A DNA stretch of 64,000 bases, taken from a virus. The notes below the pieces were generated by a model that had not been told where the DNA came from, did not search any database, and was given only the letters and a program-made list of their open reading frames with translations. The translations under genes were made by a program, and so were the position numbers. Within the stretch, counting starts at the first letter, position 1; every line of letters begins with the position of its first letter. The stretch lies in IMG/VR virus record IMGVR_UViG_3300035157_000972. One strand, 5' to 3'. Below are positions 37,478 to 47,602 of the stretch, piece by piece.

Positions 37478-38234
37478 TAAAGAAGGTAATCTGAAAGCAA
37501 AAACTGTATCGGGTGAACTCAAGATGTTCTCTGGTAGAACTGGTGCTTCAGATGAGGGTTCAAAAGATACATCTACTGCTGCAAAATCAGGATCTAAGTT
37601 TGCCAGTGGTGGTGTAAATCAGGCAGGATCTCGTGGTGGTGGTTCAACTGCTGATATGGAGAGAATGACATCTCTTGTTCAGAATGCTGCTGCTAGAAAA
37701 GAATTAGATGCTGCTGCAAGAAGTGAACCTCTCACGATTGCTTTTGATAAGTTTGACGATGAAGAGATAGCAACTAATATTGTTGCTGCAACAGAGGAGT
37801 ATGCAGAGGGTGGGCAGTTTTATATCTTCCCAAGTAGAGATGCTGATATAGATGCACTCAAAGAGACTTATGGTGATGCTATTATAGATGACGAAAATGC
37901 TGAAACAATATATGACGTATTACAATCAATATATGAAAGTGGATATGGTGCTGTCAATATTATTGTAAGACAAAGCAGAGCAAGAGAATTGCAGAAACTT
38001 GCTCTTGAACAGAATGGAGAATTATATAACTTCATCAGTCTCAATATAATACCTGTGGATGAGAGAACAATTCGTGAGCAGTATATGGCAGGTGATATTT
38101 TTAAGAGAGGAGCACTTATCGAGTCTCATGATAGGATAGGAGTTATAATAAGAAGAGGATCTAATCATCTTATCTGCTTAGATAAGAACAAACAGATGTT
38201 CAGATCTTGGATTACAGAATCTATAGAAATATAA
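37374..38234 (+). CDS. Degenerate cytidylyltransferase-like virion protein with capsid-targeting-like N-terminus
   Basis: MKAYAQFISE start; GL.GDGHG.WYD; C-terminal IRE.Y..G.IF..IIRRGSNHLI; HxGH motif missing. Confidence 0.65.
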   Translation: MKAYAQFISEARTTKASSQAKRLGLVGDGHGDWYDKEGNLKAKTVSGELKMFSGRTGASDEGSKDTSTAAKSGSKFASGGVNQAGSRGGGSTADMERMTSLVQNAAARKELDAAARSEPLTIAFDKFDDEEIATNIVAATEEYAEGGQFYIFPSRDADIDALKETYGDAIIDDENAETIYDVLQSIYESGYGAVNIIVRQSRARELQKLALEQNGELYNFISLNIIPVDERTIREQYMAGDIFKRGALIESHDRIGVIIRRGSNHLICLDKNKQMFRSWITESIEI

Positions 38235-38275
38235 TAACTGACTAAATAATAAATATAAGAAATCAAAATACAGAA

Positions 38276-41200
38276 ATGAGTAATCCTTGGTCACAAGCAT
38301 ACGAAGAACTTCGTAAACCTTACCTTGAAGGTAAGATGGCGAAGAAGGACTACGATGGTGACGGTAAAATAGAATCTGGTACAGATGAATACATGGGTTC
38401 TAGAGACAAAGCAATCAAAAAAGCGATGGCAGAGAAAGGTAAAAAAAAAGTCTCTGAGCACCATCAAAAAGATGCCGACGGAAATGTAATACCTCACGGT
38501 GACGGAACTCCTAGTTCTGTTGAAGAAGAGAATATAGATGAATTAAGTAAGACAACCACCGCAAATTATCTTTATCAAGCAAAGGTAGATAAAGATTATG
38601 TTCACAGTGGAAAGATGGGGAAGTATGCGAAAGCAAGAGATAAAGGATTAAAAAGAGCAGAGAAAAAACTAGGACCTAAAATTTCTAAGACAGTCTCTGA
38701 TCATGCAAGAACTGATTCTCAGACAATGAGACGTGATATTGATAACTCAAAGTTTCCTAGAAAATATAAGGTCAAAGAAGATGTAGAACAAATTGATGAG
38801 TTGAGTAAGAAGACTTTAGGTGGTTATATTAAGAAGGCAAGTAAAGAAACCAGAGGAAACATGGTGGCAACACAGCATGGATCTGGTATACCAAAAAGAG
38901 CAAAGGATATCAAACTCAAGCAGGTCAATAAAAGACTGAAGGGTATGGAGAAGGCAGGCGAGAAGTTGGCAAAGGAAGAAGTCAAGATGTCTCGTAAAGA
39001 ATATGCTAAGATCCATAAGGATTTCAAGTCTGATGATCCTAAGAATCCTAGAACTACAAAGTATGTTAAAGGTAAGGGCACTGTCTCTATGCCTGTAAAG
39101 TTTACTGATGAGTTTCAGCATATAGAATACAATCCTCTTGCAGAAGCAATTTTAGGAACACTTCATGTCGCTGACATGGCAGCAAATACTATTGCATGGC
39201 AGAATAGAATGGATACAAATGAAAAGGGTGAGAGATTGTATGATTTCGGACAGGATCTTATCAATGCAATGGCAGAGTATGTTGATGAAGCAGTAGAACT
39301 AACTGAAGAGTTCATTACTGAGAGAGTAGATTATGCCACTGAGTATTTTTTCAACGAAGGAATCAATGAGGAAGGTTTAGATATTATCATTGAGGAATTA
39401 GGTATTGAAGACTTTACCGAATTTGTTCTTGATGGACCTGAAGAACTATATGAGGATGAAGCTGCCTATCAAAAAGCAAAGAAGAAGGCATTTGCAGGAT
39501 CAGAAAAAAGAAAACGTGAAGGCAAGGGTGAGTATTCTCCAAAAGGATCAAAGAGTCCTTATGCCAAGCAGGGTTTAGGTGCAAAAACTCAGAAGAAACC
39601 TAAGATCAAGAAGATTGGAGACATTGGTACACGAGTAGTTGCTGCTACTAAGAAAGCAAAGAAAGAACAACCAGCAAAACCAATATCTAAAAAGGGTCTT
39701 GGTAGTAAGATTGGTAGTTTTGTTAAGAAAGGAATCGAAAGACATAACAAAGCAAGAGCAGCAGGTAAAGTTCCTGAGAAACGTGCAAGGGAATTTGCTA
39801 AAGGTGTGGGATCTGGTGTAAAAACTGCTGTCAAGTTTGCTAAAGATGTTAAGAAAGTTGTAAGTAAAGAAGAGGTGGACATTGATGAGGCAAAGGTTGA
39901 CAAGTTAGTACCAGATCATAAGAGATCAGGTAAAAGACTAGAACGTTATGGTAATCCTCATGGATCTCTTGCACTTGGCGGTGGTATCCAAAGAGATAGA
40001 AGAGCAGACCATGCAGAAAGAAGAGGTAAGAAGACTAAGGGTATGAAGAAAGAGGACTGGAGATCAGACCTTCAATACATTGAAGAGATATCTCCCTATG
40101 CTGAACCTAGAAAGGCAGGAAAAAAGGATGAGAAGATCAAGGAAGGTAATGTAAAAAATAAAATTACAATCAATCCCACTGTTACTGTTGAGTCTCAACA
40201 GATCGATGAAAATCCTTTAGCGGTAGGTGCTGCACTAGGTATTGCTGCCGGTGGTGGTTATCTTGTCAATAAATTGAGACAGCAGAAAAATAAAATTGAT
40301 AAGGGTCAAACTGTAAGTGGAATAGCAGGTGCATTGCAGAAAAAAAATCAGACTCTACAGCAACTTCAGAATAATTCACATAAACCAGAAGGTGAAATAC
40401 TATCAGATGAAAATGTGATAGACAAACTGAAGAATCTTGTGAAGTCAGGTTTCAAAAATAGACAGAAGCAAATTGAAAAAGGAACACAAACTACTACTGG
40501 TGCTGCAAGTCAAATGCTGCAGATGAATAGTCATGAACCAGAAGGTCAGGTAGTTGAAGATGCTAAGATGGCAAGGCAAAGTGATGATGCTCTATCAGCA
40601 GCACATAAGAAGTTCAGTAGTATGGATCAAACATCCCCTGCTAACAAGTTTATGTTGAAGAGAATCACCAAGGAGATGAATAGGAGAAAAAAAAAAGTTA
40701 ACGAAGATCTAAATCGTAATCAAAAACCCTTCTATCAAAAGAAATATACCACTGGTGGATATAAAACCGTGGGTACTAACAAGAGAATGAACTCTTCTTC
40801 TGATCGTAAGAAGGCAGGGACTGTTGACTCCAAAGCATCTCATAGAAGTCAGATGAAGGACTTTGCTGATGCAGGTATCATCAAGAAAGGTAAATCTGGT
40901 GGTGGTTTGAAAAAAGGACTGGCATCACTGAAGAAAGAGTCTCTTTTAGATCAAGTTGCTAGTGCATACGTGGACGAAGCAACTCGTATGAAGAAGGAGA
41001 TGGGATATGATAAGGGTGGTACAAAGAAACCCAAGGGTCCTAAAACTAAGGATGCTGCACTTGATGCTGTAAAGAAATCAATCACTGCTAAGTATGGTAA
41101 GGGAGCGATCATGAGAAGTGGTAGCAACCAACCTAAGAAAGTCAAAGGTGCAAAACCCAGTGGTGTTGGTAAGTTCAAGATGATGGCAGACAAGAAGAAG

Positions 41201-41317
41201 GAGACTGCTGCAGACGCTAAGAAGCGTGGGTTCAAGAACACTCAGGATTATGTAAACACCATGGCAAGGTATGGTGGTAAAGATAATTACGACAAAGGTA
41301 AAGGACTAGGCACATAG
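38276..41317 (+). CDS. 1013-aa modular Lys-rich late protein (putative internal head polyprotein)
   Basis: Late promoter ACTAAATA at 38241; basic modules separated by acidic IDE/VxE/LxE linkers. Confidence 0.75.
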   Translation: MSNPWSQAYEELRKPYLEGKMAKKDYDGDGKIESGTDEYMGSRDKAIKKAMAEKGKKKVSEHHQKDADGNVIPHGDGTPSSVEEENIDELSKTTTANYLYQAKVDKDYVHSGKMGKYAKARDKGLKRAEKKLGPKISKTVSDHARTDSQTMRRDIDNSKFPRKYKVKEDVEQIDELSKKTLGGYIKKASKETRGNMVATQHGSGIPKRAKDIKLKQVNKRLKGMEKAGEKLAKEEVKMSRKEYAKIHKDFKSDDPKNPRTTKYVKGKGTVSMPVKFTDEFQHIEYNPLAEAILGTLHVADMAANTIAWQNRMDTNEKGERLYDFGQDLINAMAEYVDEAVELTEEFITERVDYATEYFFNEGINEEGLDIIIEELGIEDFTEFVLDGPEELYEDEAAYQKAKKKAFAGSEKRKREGKGEYSPKGSKSPYAKQGLGAKTQKKPKIKKIGDIGTRVVAATKKAKKEQPAKPISKKGLGSKIGSFVKKGIERHNKARAAGKVPEKRAREFAKGVGSGVKTAVKFAKDVKKVVSKEEVDIDEAKVDKLVPDHKRSGKRLERYGNPHGSLALGGGIQRDRRADHAERRGKKTKGMKKEDWRSDLQYIEEISPYAEPRKAGKKDEKIKEGNVKNKITINPTVTVESQQIDENPLAVGAALGIAAGGGYLVNKLRQQKNKIDKGQTVSGIAGALQKKNQTLQQLQNNSHKPEGEILSDENVIDKLKNLVKSGFKNRQKQIEKGTQTTTGAASQMLQMNSHEPEGQVVEDAKMARQSDDALSAAHKKFSSMDQTSPANKFMLKRITKEMNRRKKKVNEDLNRNQKPFYQKKYTTGGYKTVGTNKRMNSSSDRKKAGTVDSKASHRSQMKDFADAGIIKKGKSGGGLKKGLASLKKESLLDQVASAYVDEATRMKKEMGYDKGGTKKPKGPKTKDAALDAVKKSITAKYGKGAIMRSGSNQPKKVKGAKPSGVGKFKMMADKKKETAADAKKRGFKNTQDYVNTMARYGGKDNYDKGKGLGT

Positions 41318-41355
41318 TGCATATATAGGAAGGATCCAACATTATTTTTATTATC

Positions 41356-41550
41356 ATGTTATCATTCCTATTACCTTTAGCATCAAAGATCATCTCTGAT
41401 GCAGTGGATAAAATACCTGATGATGCAGAATTAGGTGAGAAACTCATCGATATCTGCCTCAAAATTATAGGTAAAGCGGTAAAACTTACCAAAACAGATG
41501 CTGACGACAAGTTGTTTGCTCAAGTAGAGAAAGCAATCAAGTCTAGGTAG
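41356..41550 (+). CDS. Small amphipathic hypothetical protein
   Basis: MLSFLLPLASKII..KAV..TKT..DD.. Confidence 0.7.
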   Translation: MLSFLLPLASKIISDAVDKIPDDAELGEKLIDICLKIIGKAVKLTKTDADDKLFAQVEKAIKSR

Positions 41551-41562
41551 CACTACTATACT

Positions 41563-41597
41563 AATACCACGGGTCACCCGTGGTATTTTTATAAATA
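41563..41597 (+). terminator. Terminator hairpin followed by late promoter TATAAATA (41590-41597)
   Basis: AATACCACGGG-TCA-CCCGTGGTATT-TTT. Confidence 0.85.
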
Positions 41598-41628
41598 TTC
41601 AAAGACAAAATTATTAGAAGTAAAAAAA

Positions 41629-42195
41629 ATGGCTCTTTGGGGAACAAGCGATTCAGACGAATCAAAACCTAAGAATTTAACAACTGCTGAGAAGAAAGAA
41701 GTATACGCTACCTCTAGTGGTTGGGTTCGTGAAGCAGGATCTGCACTATCTGGTAACGGTAATACAAATGCCGATCCAGAAGTTTTAGTTGCAGTTAGTG
41801 GACTAGCAGTTTCTCTTGGTGCTGCAGATATCACAGAGATAGAATTCATAACACAAGCATTTGACAAGTCAGATGGTGGAACTCTACAGGTAAGAGTAAG
41901 GTTCAACGAGGAAGTTGATGTAACAGGCACACCACAACTTACTGTAGTAAATGACAATAATGCTAACCATACATTGTCATATGCTTCAGGAACCGGAACA
42001 AATGAATTGGTGTTCTCACTCACAATCGCTGCAGGAAATGCTGCAACTGATGCCGGTGACGAACTATCAATTGGAACCAACGCTATGTCATTGAACGGTG
42101 GAACAGTCAAGGATAAGGGAACTAACACAGCATCCACTATCACTAACGTTGCAGCGATCGGTACAGCAGCAGGTGTAATTACTGTAGCAGCATAA
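41629..42195 (+). CDS. Virion structural protein (Ig-like, fibre/head decoration)
   Basis: MALWG start, F.E.V.VTGTPQL, Y.SGTGTNELVF; late promoter. Confidence 0.7.
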   Translation: MALWGTSDSDESKPKNLTTAEKKEVYATSSGWVREAGSALSGNGNTNADPEVLVAVSGLAVSLGAADITEIEFITQAFDKSDGGTLQVRVRFNEEVDVTGTPQLTVVNDNNANHTLSYASGTGTNELVFSLTIAAGNAATDAGDELSIGTNAMSLNGGTVKDKGTNTASTITNVAAIGTAAGVITVAA

Positions 42196-42201
42196 TATGA
42201 C

Positions 42202-42573
42202 ATGAGATTCGATGAATTGAATGATGAGAATCATCTCCTATTTGCTATTAAATTTTATGATAACCCTCAAGCAGTCACAATAGAAGACTTCGATGAGGAT
42301 CTCAAAAGATTCAAATACATAAAAAGATTATTCAAAAAGTATGTAACACAAGGTGAATTGAAGCATCATTTGATTCTGAATCACTTCATTATCTGTTTCA
42401 ATGTTTTTGGAGATGCCACAGTGCCACTACTCTTTTATAAAATAGAAAAAGAATATTGGTCACTCATCAAAACATTTTTAGTATTCCTTGATAGAATACC
42501 GGAGTTCCCCAAAACTGGTCTGGATGACTTGAAGGTAGATAAAAAATGCCTTGACATTCTCCTAAAAATCTAA
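42202..42573 (+). CDS. Conserved T4-like cyanophage protein
   Basis: EDLKRFKYIKRL, LILNH.I...NVFG. Confidence 0.8.
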   Translation: MRFDELNDENHLLFAIKFYDNPQAVTIEDFDEDLKRFKYIKRLFKKYVTQGELKHHLILNHFIICFNVFGDATVPLLFYKIEKEYWSLIKTFLVFLDRIPEFPKTGLDDLKVDKKCLDILLKI

Positions 42574-42782
42574 TGAACAACGATAGGATAATCAAATTAA
42601 TAAGAGAAATGATGAGCATCGGGGGTACTGCTAGTGCCCCCGGTTTTAGTGGGAAGGCAGATCCGAAAGGACCTGTCTCCGGATTTGATCCTGCCTTAGA
42701 TCTTAGAAAGAAGTATGGTAGGAAATTGAATATGTTCTATCGTAAACGTTTACAGTCTCAACGTAAAAAGAAGAATGGATAA
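42573..42782 (+). CDS. Hypothetical basic protein
   Basis: TAATG-coupled; GPVSGFDP motif. Confidence 0.65.
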   Translation: MNNDRIIKLIREMMSIGGTASAPGFSGKADPKGPVSGFDPALDLRKKYGRKLNMFYRKRLQSQRKKKNG

Positions 42783-43173
42783 TAACAGCGTCAACACTGC
42801 ACTATTGGAAAGACTGGAGAAAATTGTCGAAAGTCTACAGGAAAATAGTGTCAAAATGGGTGAACTCTTGGCAGTTCACAATGAAAAACTAGACAAACAG
42901 GACAGGATTGATGCAGTATTATTTGAGAAGATCGACTCTTTACATAGAGAAGTCAATAGACAGAGTGCAGAGATCAAAGCAGGGTGTGAAAGGGATATAT
43001 CATTGGTTGACAAACGTCTTAGAGCAATGGAAAAGAAGATGTGGTCTATATTTGGTGCTCTTACTATTGTATCTTTCGTCGTTAGTCCACTCGGACAAAG
43101 GTTCATGAGGTCATTGACATCATCACCAGTCACTGCTACACTAACAGAAGCGACGTTCAATGATACTAGATGA
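42775..43173 (+). CDS. Coiled-coil protein with C-terminal TM segment
   Basis: LLAVHNEKL, RL.AMEKKMW followed by a hydrophobic helix. Confidence 0.7.
   Translation: MDNNSVNTALLERLEKIVESLQENSVKMGELLAVHNEKLDKQDRIDAVLFEKIDSLHREVNRQSAEIKAGCERDISLVDKRLRAMEKKMWSIFGALTIVSFVVSPLGQRFMRSLTSSPVTATLTEATFNDTR
43114..43142 (+). promoter_or_regulatory. Sigma70 promoter for g61-nrdAB, inside the upstream gene
   Basis: TTGACA-17-TACACT. Confidence 0.7.
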
Positions 43174-44186
43174 TATTCTTAGACTCCAAATATATTGGAC
43201 TCATATCAGCAAGATTAGATAAGATAAAGAAAGTAAAACCTGATTTATATAATTTCAGATGTCCATATTGCGGAGACTCAAAGAAGCATAAGAATAAGAA
43301 GAGAGGATATCTATACAAAAGAAAAACTGATTTCAACTTCAAGTGTCACAACTGTGGCGTTTCCAAGTCCTTTACATACTTCCTCAAAGATCTAGATAGA
43401 CAACTCTATGATCAATATGTTTTAGACAGATATAAGGAAGGACTTACTGGGAAAGCATCCGTCACACCTGAACCAGATTTCAAAAAACTTATCAATAAAC
43501 CAGTCTTCAAGACGAAGATCAGTCTTCCCTTGGCATCTACTAATGATAGAGCAAGGGATTATCTTGTCAGAAGAAAGTTAGATCCTAACAAGTTTTACTA
43601 TGCTGAGAGATTCAAACACTATTGCAATACTCTCAAACCAACATTTGAAACAACGAAGAATGATCATTCTAGAATAATCATACCAATGTATGATAAAGAG
43701 AAGAAGTTGATTGGGTTTCAAGGCAGAGCATTAGATTCCTTTCAGCAACCTAAATATCTCACTATCATGTTGGATGAAGATGCACCAAAACTTTACGGAT
43801 TAGACACAGTAGATGAAACGAAACCCATTTATATTCTTGAAGGACCTTTCGATTCCACCTTCGTGGAAAACTCGGTTGCTATGTGTGGGTCCGATGTTGA
43901 TATTCGGTCGCTTGGTTGGAGCAATTATATTTGGGTTTTTGATAACGAACCACGTAACCGAGAAATCGTCACCAAAATCTCCAAGTGTATTGGAAGAGGT
44001 GAACAGGTAGTTATATTTCCACACACAATACCACAAAAAGATGTCAACGACATGGTGTTGGGTGGACAAAACATACAAAATGTATTAGAATCAAATACAT
44101 ATAAAAACTTACAAGCAGAACTCAAATTTACTAATTGGAAAAGGAATGAGCAACGTACGGGTCAAAAAACGAAACGGTTCTATTGA
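43170..44186 (+). CDS. g61: DNA primase (gp61)
   Basis: CPYCGDS, CHNC, EGPFDS, DNEPRN. Confidence 0.97.
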   Translation: MIFLDSKYIGLISARLDKIKKVKPDLYNFRCPYCGDSKKHKNKKRGYLYKRKTDFNFKCHNCGVSKSFTYFLKDLDRQLYDQYVLDRYKEGLTGKASVTPEPDFKKLINKPVFKTKISLPLASTNDRARDYLVRRKLDPNKFYYAERFKHYCNTLKPTFETTKNDHSRIIIPMYDKEKKLIGFQGRALDSFQQPKYLTIMLDEDAPKLYGLDTVDETKPIYILEGPFDSTFVENSVAMCGSDVDIRSLGWSNYIWVFDNEPRNREIVTKISKCIGRGEQVVIFPHTIPQKDVNDMVLGGQNIQNVLESNTYKNLQAELKFTNWKRNEQRTGQKTKRFY

Positions 44187-46437
44187 ACCCATGAACCTTG
44201 AGAAGATGCACGTTATGGTAGAACGTGCATGCAAGGACATAGCAGGAGTATCTGCATCACAAGTCGAGATGCAATCAGGTATACAGTTCTATGATGGCAT
44301 CACAACAGATGAAATACAGGAGATACTTATCAAGTCTGCTAGTGATCTTATAAGTTTAGATCAACCCAACTATCAGTTCGTTGCTGCAAGACTCCTATTG
44401 TTCTCTATACGTAAGAGTTTGTATGGTAAGATATTTGAAATTCCAACACTACAGGATCACATTCAAAGATGTGTTGAGAGTGGTGTGTATGACCCTGCAG
44501 TCAACGATAAGTTCTCAGCAGAGGAAATACAGGAGATTGGTAGATTCCTCGATCATGATAGGGATTTACTATTCACCTATGCAGGTCTTCGTCAGGTTGC
44601 TGACAAGTACCTTGTACAGGATAGAAGCAGTGGTCAAGTATATGAAACACCACAGTTTATGTACATGCTTATTGCAATGACCATGTTTGCAGAGTATCCT
44701 GTAGAAACTAGACTCAATTACATCAAACGTTATTACGATGCCATTTCCAGACACAAAATCAACATCCCAACACCGATCATGGGCGGTGTCAGAACACCTA
44801 TTAGGCAGTTCGCGTCTTGTGTTCTGGTTGATATTGACGACACCTTGGATAGTATTTTTACTTCTGATATGGCCGTGGGTCGTTATGTTGCACAGAGGGC
44901 AGGTATTGGTATCAACGCAGGTCGCATCAGGGGCATCAACAGTAAGATCAGGGGTGGAGAAGTTCAACACACAGGCGTTGTCCCTTTCCTCAAAAAGTTT
45001 GAAGCAACTGTCAGATGCTGCACTCAAAATGGCATCCGTGGTGGATCAGCAACTGTCCACTTCCCAATCTGGCACCAAGAAATCGAAGACATCCTCGTCC
45101 TCAAAAACAACAAAGGAACAGAAGACAACAGAGTCCGAAAGTTAGACTACAGTATACAAATTTCAAGACTATTCTATGAAAGATTTATTTCCGGCGATGA
45201 TATCAGTCTCTTTAGTCCTCATGATGTTCCTAATCTTTATGATCTCTTTGGAACCGAGGAGTTCGACGGACTCTATAGAGCGTACGAAGAGAACGACAGA
45301 ATTCCTAAGAAAAGAATTCCTGCTCAAGAATTATTCGGACAACTAATCAAGGAAAGAGCAGAGACAGGTCGTATCTATATCATGAATATAGACCACTGTA
45401 ACTCTCACTCCTCCTTCTTAGACAAGGTTGAAATGAGTAACCTATGTCAAGAGATTACTTTACCTACAAAACCGTTACAGCACATTGACGACCCCAATGG
45501 TGAGATTGCATTGTGTATCCTGTCTGCTATCAATGTAGGTAAGGTAAGATCTGATAATGAACTAGAAGAACTATGTGACCTGACTGTCCGTGCACTAGAT
45601 GAATTGATAGACTATCAGAAGTATCCAGTCATTGCTGCAGAGCAAGGAACAAAGAACCGTCGTAGTCTTGGAGTTGGGTATATAGGTCTCGCTCATTATC
45701 TCGCTAAGTTGGGATTCAACTATGACTCACAGGAAGCATGGGATGCTGTTCATTCATTATCTGAGTCATTCCAATACTTCTTGTTGAAGGCATCAAACAA
45801 TCTTGCAAAAGAGAAAGGTAAGTGTGGATATTTCGATCGTACGAAGTACTCTACTGGAACTCTTCCAATCGATACATATAAGAAGGACGTAGACGAAATT
45901 ACTAATGTAGCATACCAACATGATTGGGATTCTCTTAGGAATGACATACAGGAGTTCGGACTCAGGCACAGCACTCTGTCCGCACAAATGCCTTCGGAGA
46001 GCAGTTCCGTTGTGTCTAATGCAACAAACGGAATCGAACCACCTAGAGGGTTCTTGTCCGTTAAAAAAAGTAAGAAAGGACCCCTTAAACAGGTGGTTCC
46101 TCAATACTCGTCGTTGAAGAACAATTATACTTTACTATGGGATATGCCTAGCAATGATGGATACATCAAAGTAGTATCAGTCATGCAAAAATTCTTTGAT
46201 CAAGGTATATCTGGAAACTGGTCATACAATCCTACTAATTATGAAGACAATCAGATCCCCATGGAAATCATGGCACAGGATTTGTTGTCCACATATAAGT
46301 ACGGATGGAAGACCTCATATTATCAGAACACATTCGATAACAAATCTGATGAGGTTGAGGAGACTCCTCCACCCGTCACAGATCTTATCTCTCAAATAGA
46401 AAACGAAGACGAAACCTGTGAATCCTGTGCAATTTAG
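44146..46437 (+). CDS. nrdA: Ribonucleotide reductase class Ia alpha
   Basis: ATP cone, QFASC, SNLCQEI, C-terminal CESC. Confidence 0.98.
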   Translation: MSNVRVKKRNGSIEPMNLEKMHVMVERACKDIAGVSASQVEMQSGIQFYDGITTDEIQEILIKSASDLISLDQPNYQFVAARLLLFSIRKSLYGKIFEIPTLQDHIQRCVESGVYDPAVNDKFSAEEIQEIGRFLDHDRDLLFTYAGLRQVADKYLVQDRSSGQVYETPQFMYMLIAMTMFAEYPVETRLNYIKRYYDAISRHKINIPTPIMGGVRTPIRQFASCVLVDIDDTLDSIFTSDMAVGRYVAQRAGIGINAGRIRGINSKIRGGEVQHTGVVPFLKKFEATVRCCTQNGIRGGSATVHFPIWHQEIEDILVLKNNKGTEDNRVRKLDYSIQISRLFYERFISGDDISLFSPHDVPNLYDLFGTEEFDGLYRAYEENDRIPKKRIPAQELFGQLIKERAETGRIYIMNIDHCNSHSSFLDKVEMSNLCQEITLPTKPLQHIDDPNGEIALCILSAINVGKVRSDNELEELCDLTVRALDELIDYQKYPVIAAEQGTKNRRSLGVGYIGLAHYLAKLGFNYDSQEAWDAVHSLSESFQYFLLKASNNLAKEKGKCGYFDRTKYSTGTLPIDTYKKDVDEITNVAYQHDWDSLRNDIQEFGLRHSTLSAQMPSESSSVVSNATNGIEPPRGFLSVKKSKKGPLKQVVPQYSSLKNNYTLLWDMPSNDGYIKVVSVMQKFFDQGISGNWSYNPTNYEDNQIPMEIMAQDLLSTYKYGWKTSYYQNTFDNKSDEVEETPPPVTDLISQIENEDETCESCAI

Positions 46438-47602
46438 AACAACCGAACCAAAGATGTCAAAACCAAGAGGTATGACAGTATTCAACCAGAACAAAGTTGA
46501 TACTAAGTCACAACCTATGTTCTTCGGTGCTCCCCTTGGAGTTCAAAGATATGACTCTTACAAGTATCCTGTGTTTGATAAACTTACTAATCAAATGCTA
46601 GGTTATTTCTGGAGACCAGAAGAAGTATCACTACAGAAAGACCGTGGTGACTATCAAACTCTTCGCCCAGAACAGAAACATATTTTCACTTCTAACTTGA
46701 AGTATCAGATCTTACTTGACTCAGTACAAGGAAGAGGTCCCGGTATGGCATTCGCTCCTTACTGTGCTCTACCTGAGTTAGAAGCAGCGATGAACGTATG
46801 GCAGTTCATGGAGATGATTCATAGTAGATCATACACATATATCATCAAGAATGTATATCCTGATCCTTCAGAAGTCTTTGATACTATACTAGATGATGAA
46901 AAAATCATTGCTCGTGCACAGTCAGTGACCAGAGCATATGATGAGTTCTTAGAGGTGGCACAGGAGTGGGGCAATGGTAATATGTGGCGACCTGATATGA
47001 AGGGAAGCACTACAGCAGAGTGGTCTGAGAAAGAACTCAAGAGAAAACTTTATCTAGCGGTGGCAAATGTCAACATACTTGAAGGTATTCGTTTCTACGT
47101 TTCTTTTGCTTGTAGTTTTGCATTCGGTGAACTCAAGGTTATGGAAGGGTCAGCAAAAATTATCTCCCTCATTGCCAGAGATGAAAATCAGCACACCGTA
47201 TTGACTCAACAAATCTTGAAGAAGTGGATGGATGGTGATGATCCTGTCATGTCACAGATCGTAGAAGAGGAAAGAGATACTGTCATAGGCATGTACAAAA
47301 ATGCTGTCAATGAAGAAAAGGAATGGGCACAATACCTATTCAAAGATGGTAGTATGATTGGACTCAATGACAAACTTCTGGTAAAATATGTTGAATGGAT
47401 TGCTAACAAAAGGATGAGAGCACTTGGTCTCCCACCTGCATATGATGTACCCATCAAAAACAATCCACTACCATGGACTGAGCACTGGATCTCATCTAAG
47501 GGATTACAGGTAGCACCACAAGAGACAGAGGTAGAATCCTATGTTGTTGGTGGTATCAAACAGGACATGAAGAAAAATGCATTCTCTGGATTCAAATTGT
47601 AA
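46418..47602 (+). CDS. nrdB: Ribonucleotide reductase class Ia beta
   Basis: FWRPEE, EMIHSRSY, EGIRFYVSF, DENQH, APQETE. Confidence 0.98.
   Translation: MNPVQFRTTEPKMSKPRGMTVFNQNKVDTKSQPMFFGAPLGVQRYDSYKYPVFDKLTNQMLGYFWRPEEVSLQKDRGDYQTLRPEQKHIFTSNLKYQILLDSVQGRGPGMAFAPYCALPELEAAMNVWQFMEMIHSRSYTYIIKNVYPDPSEVFDTILDDEKIIARAQSVTRAYDEFLEVAQEWGNGNMWRPDMKGSTTAEWSEKELKRKLYLAVANVNILEGIRFYVSFACSFAFGELKVMEGSAKIISLIARDENQHTVLTQQILKKWMDGDDPVMSQIVEEERDTVIGMYKNAVNEEKEWAQYLFKDGSMIGLNDKLLVKYVEWIANKRMRALGLPPAYDVPIKNNPLPWTEHWISSKGLQVAPQETEVESYVVGGIKQDMKKNAFSGFKL

Noticed and set aside
28908-47602. Introns or inteins in g43, g41, psbA, nrdA, nrdB
   Set aside because: All are continuous and of ordinary length with no splice-junction motifs
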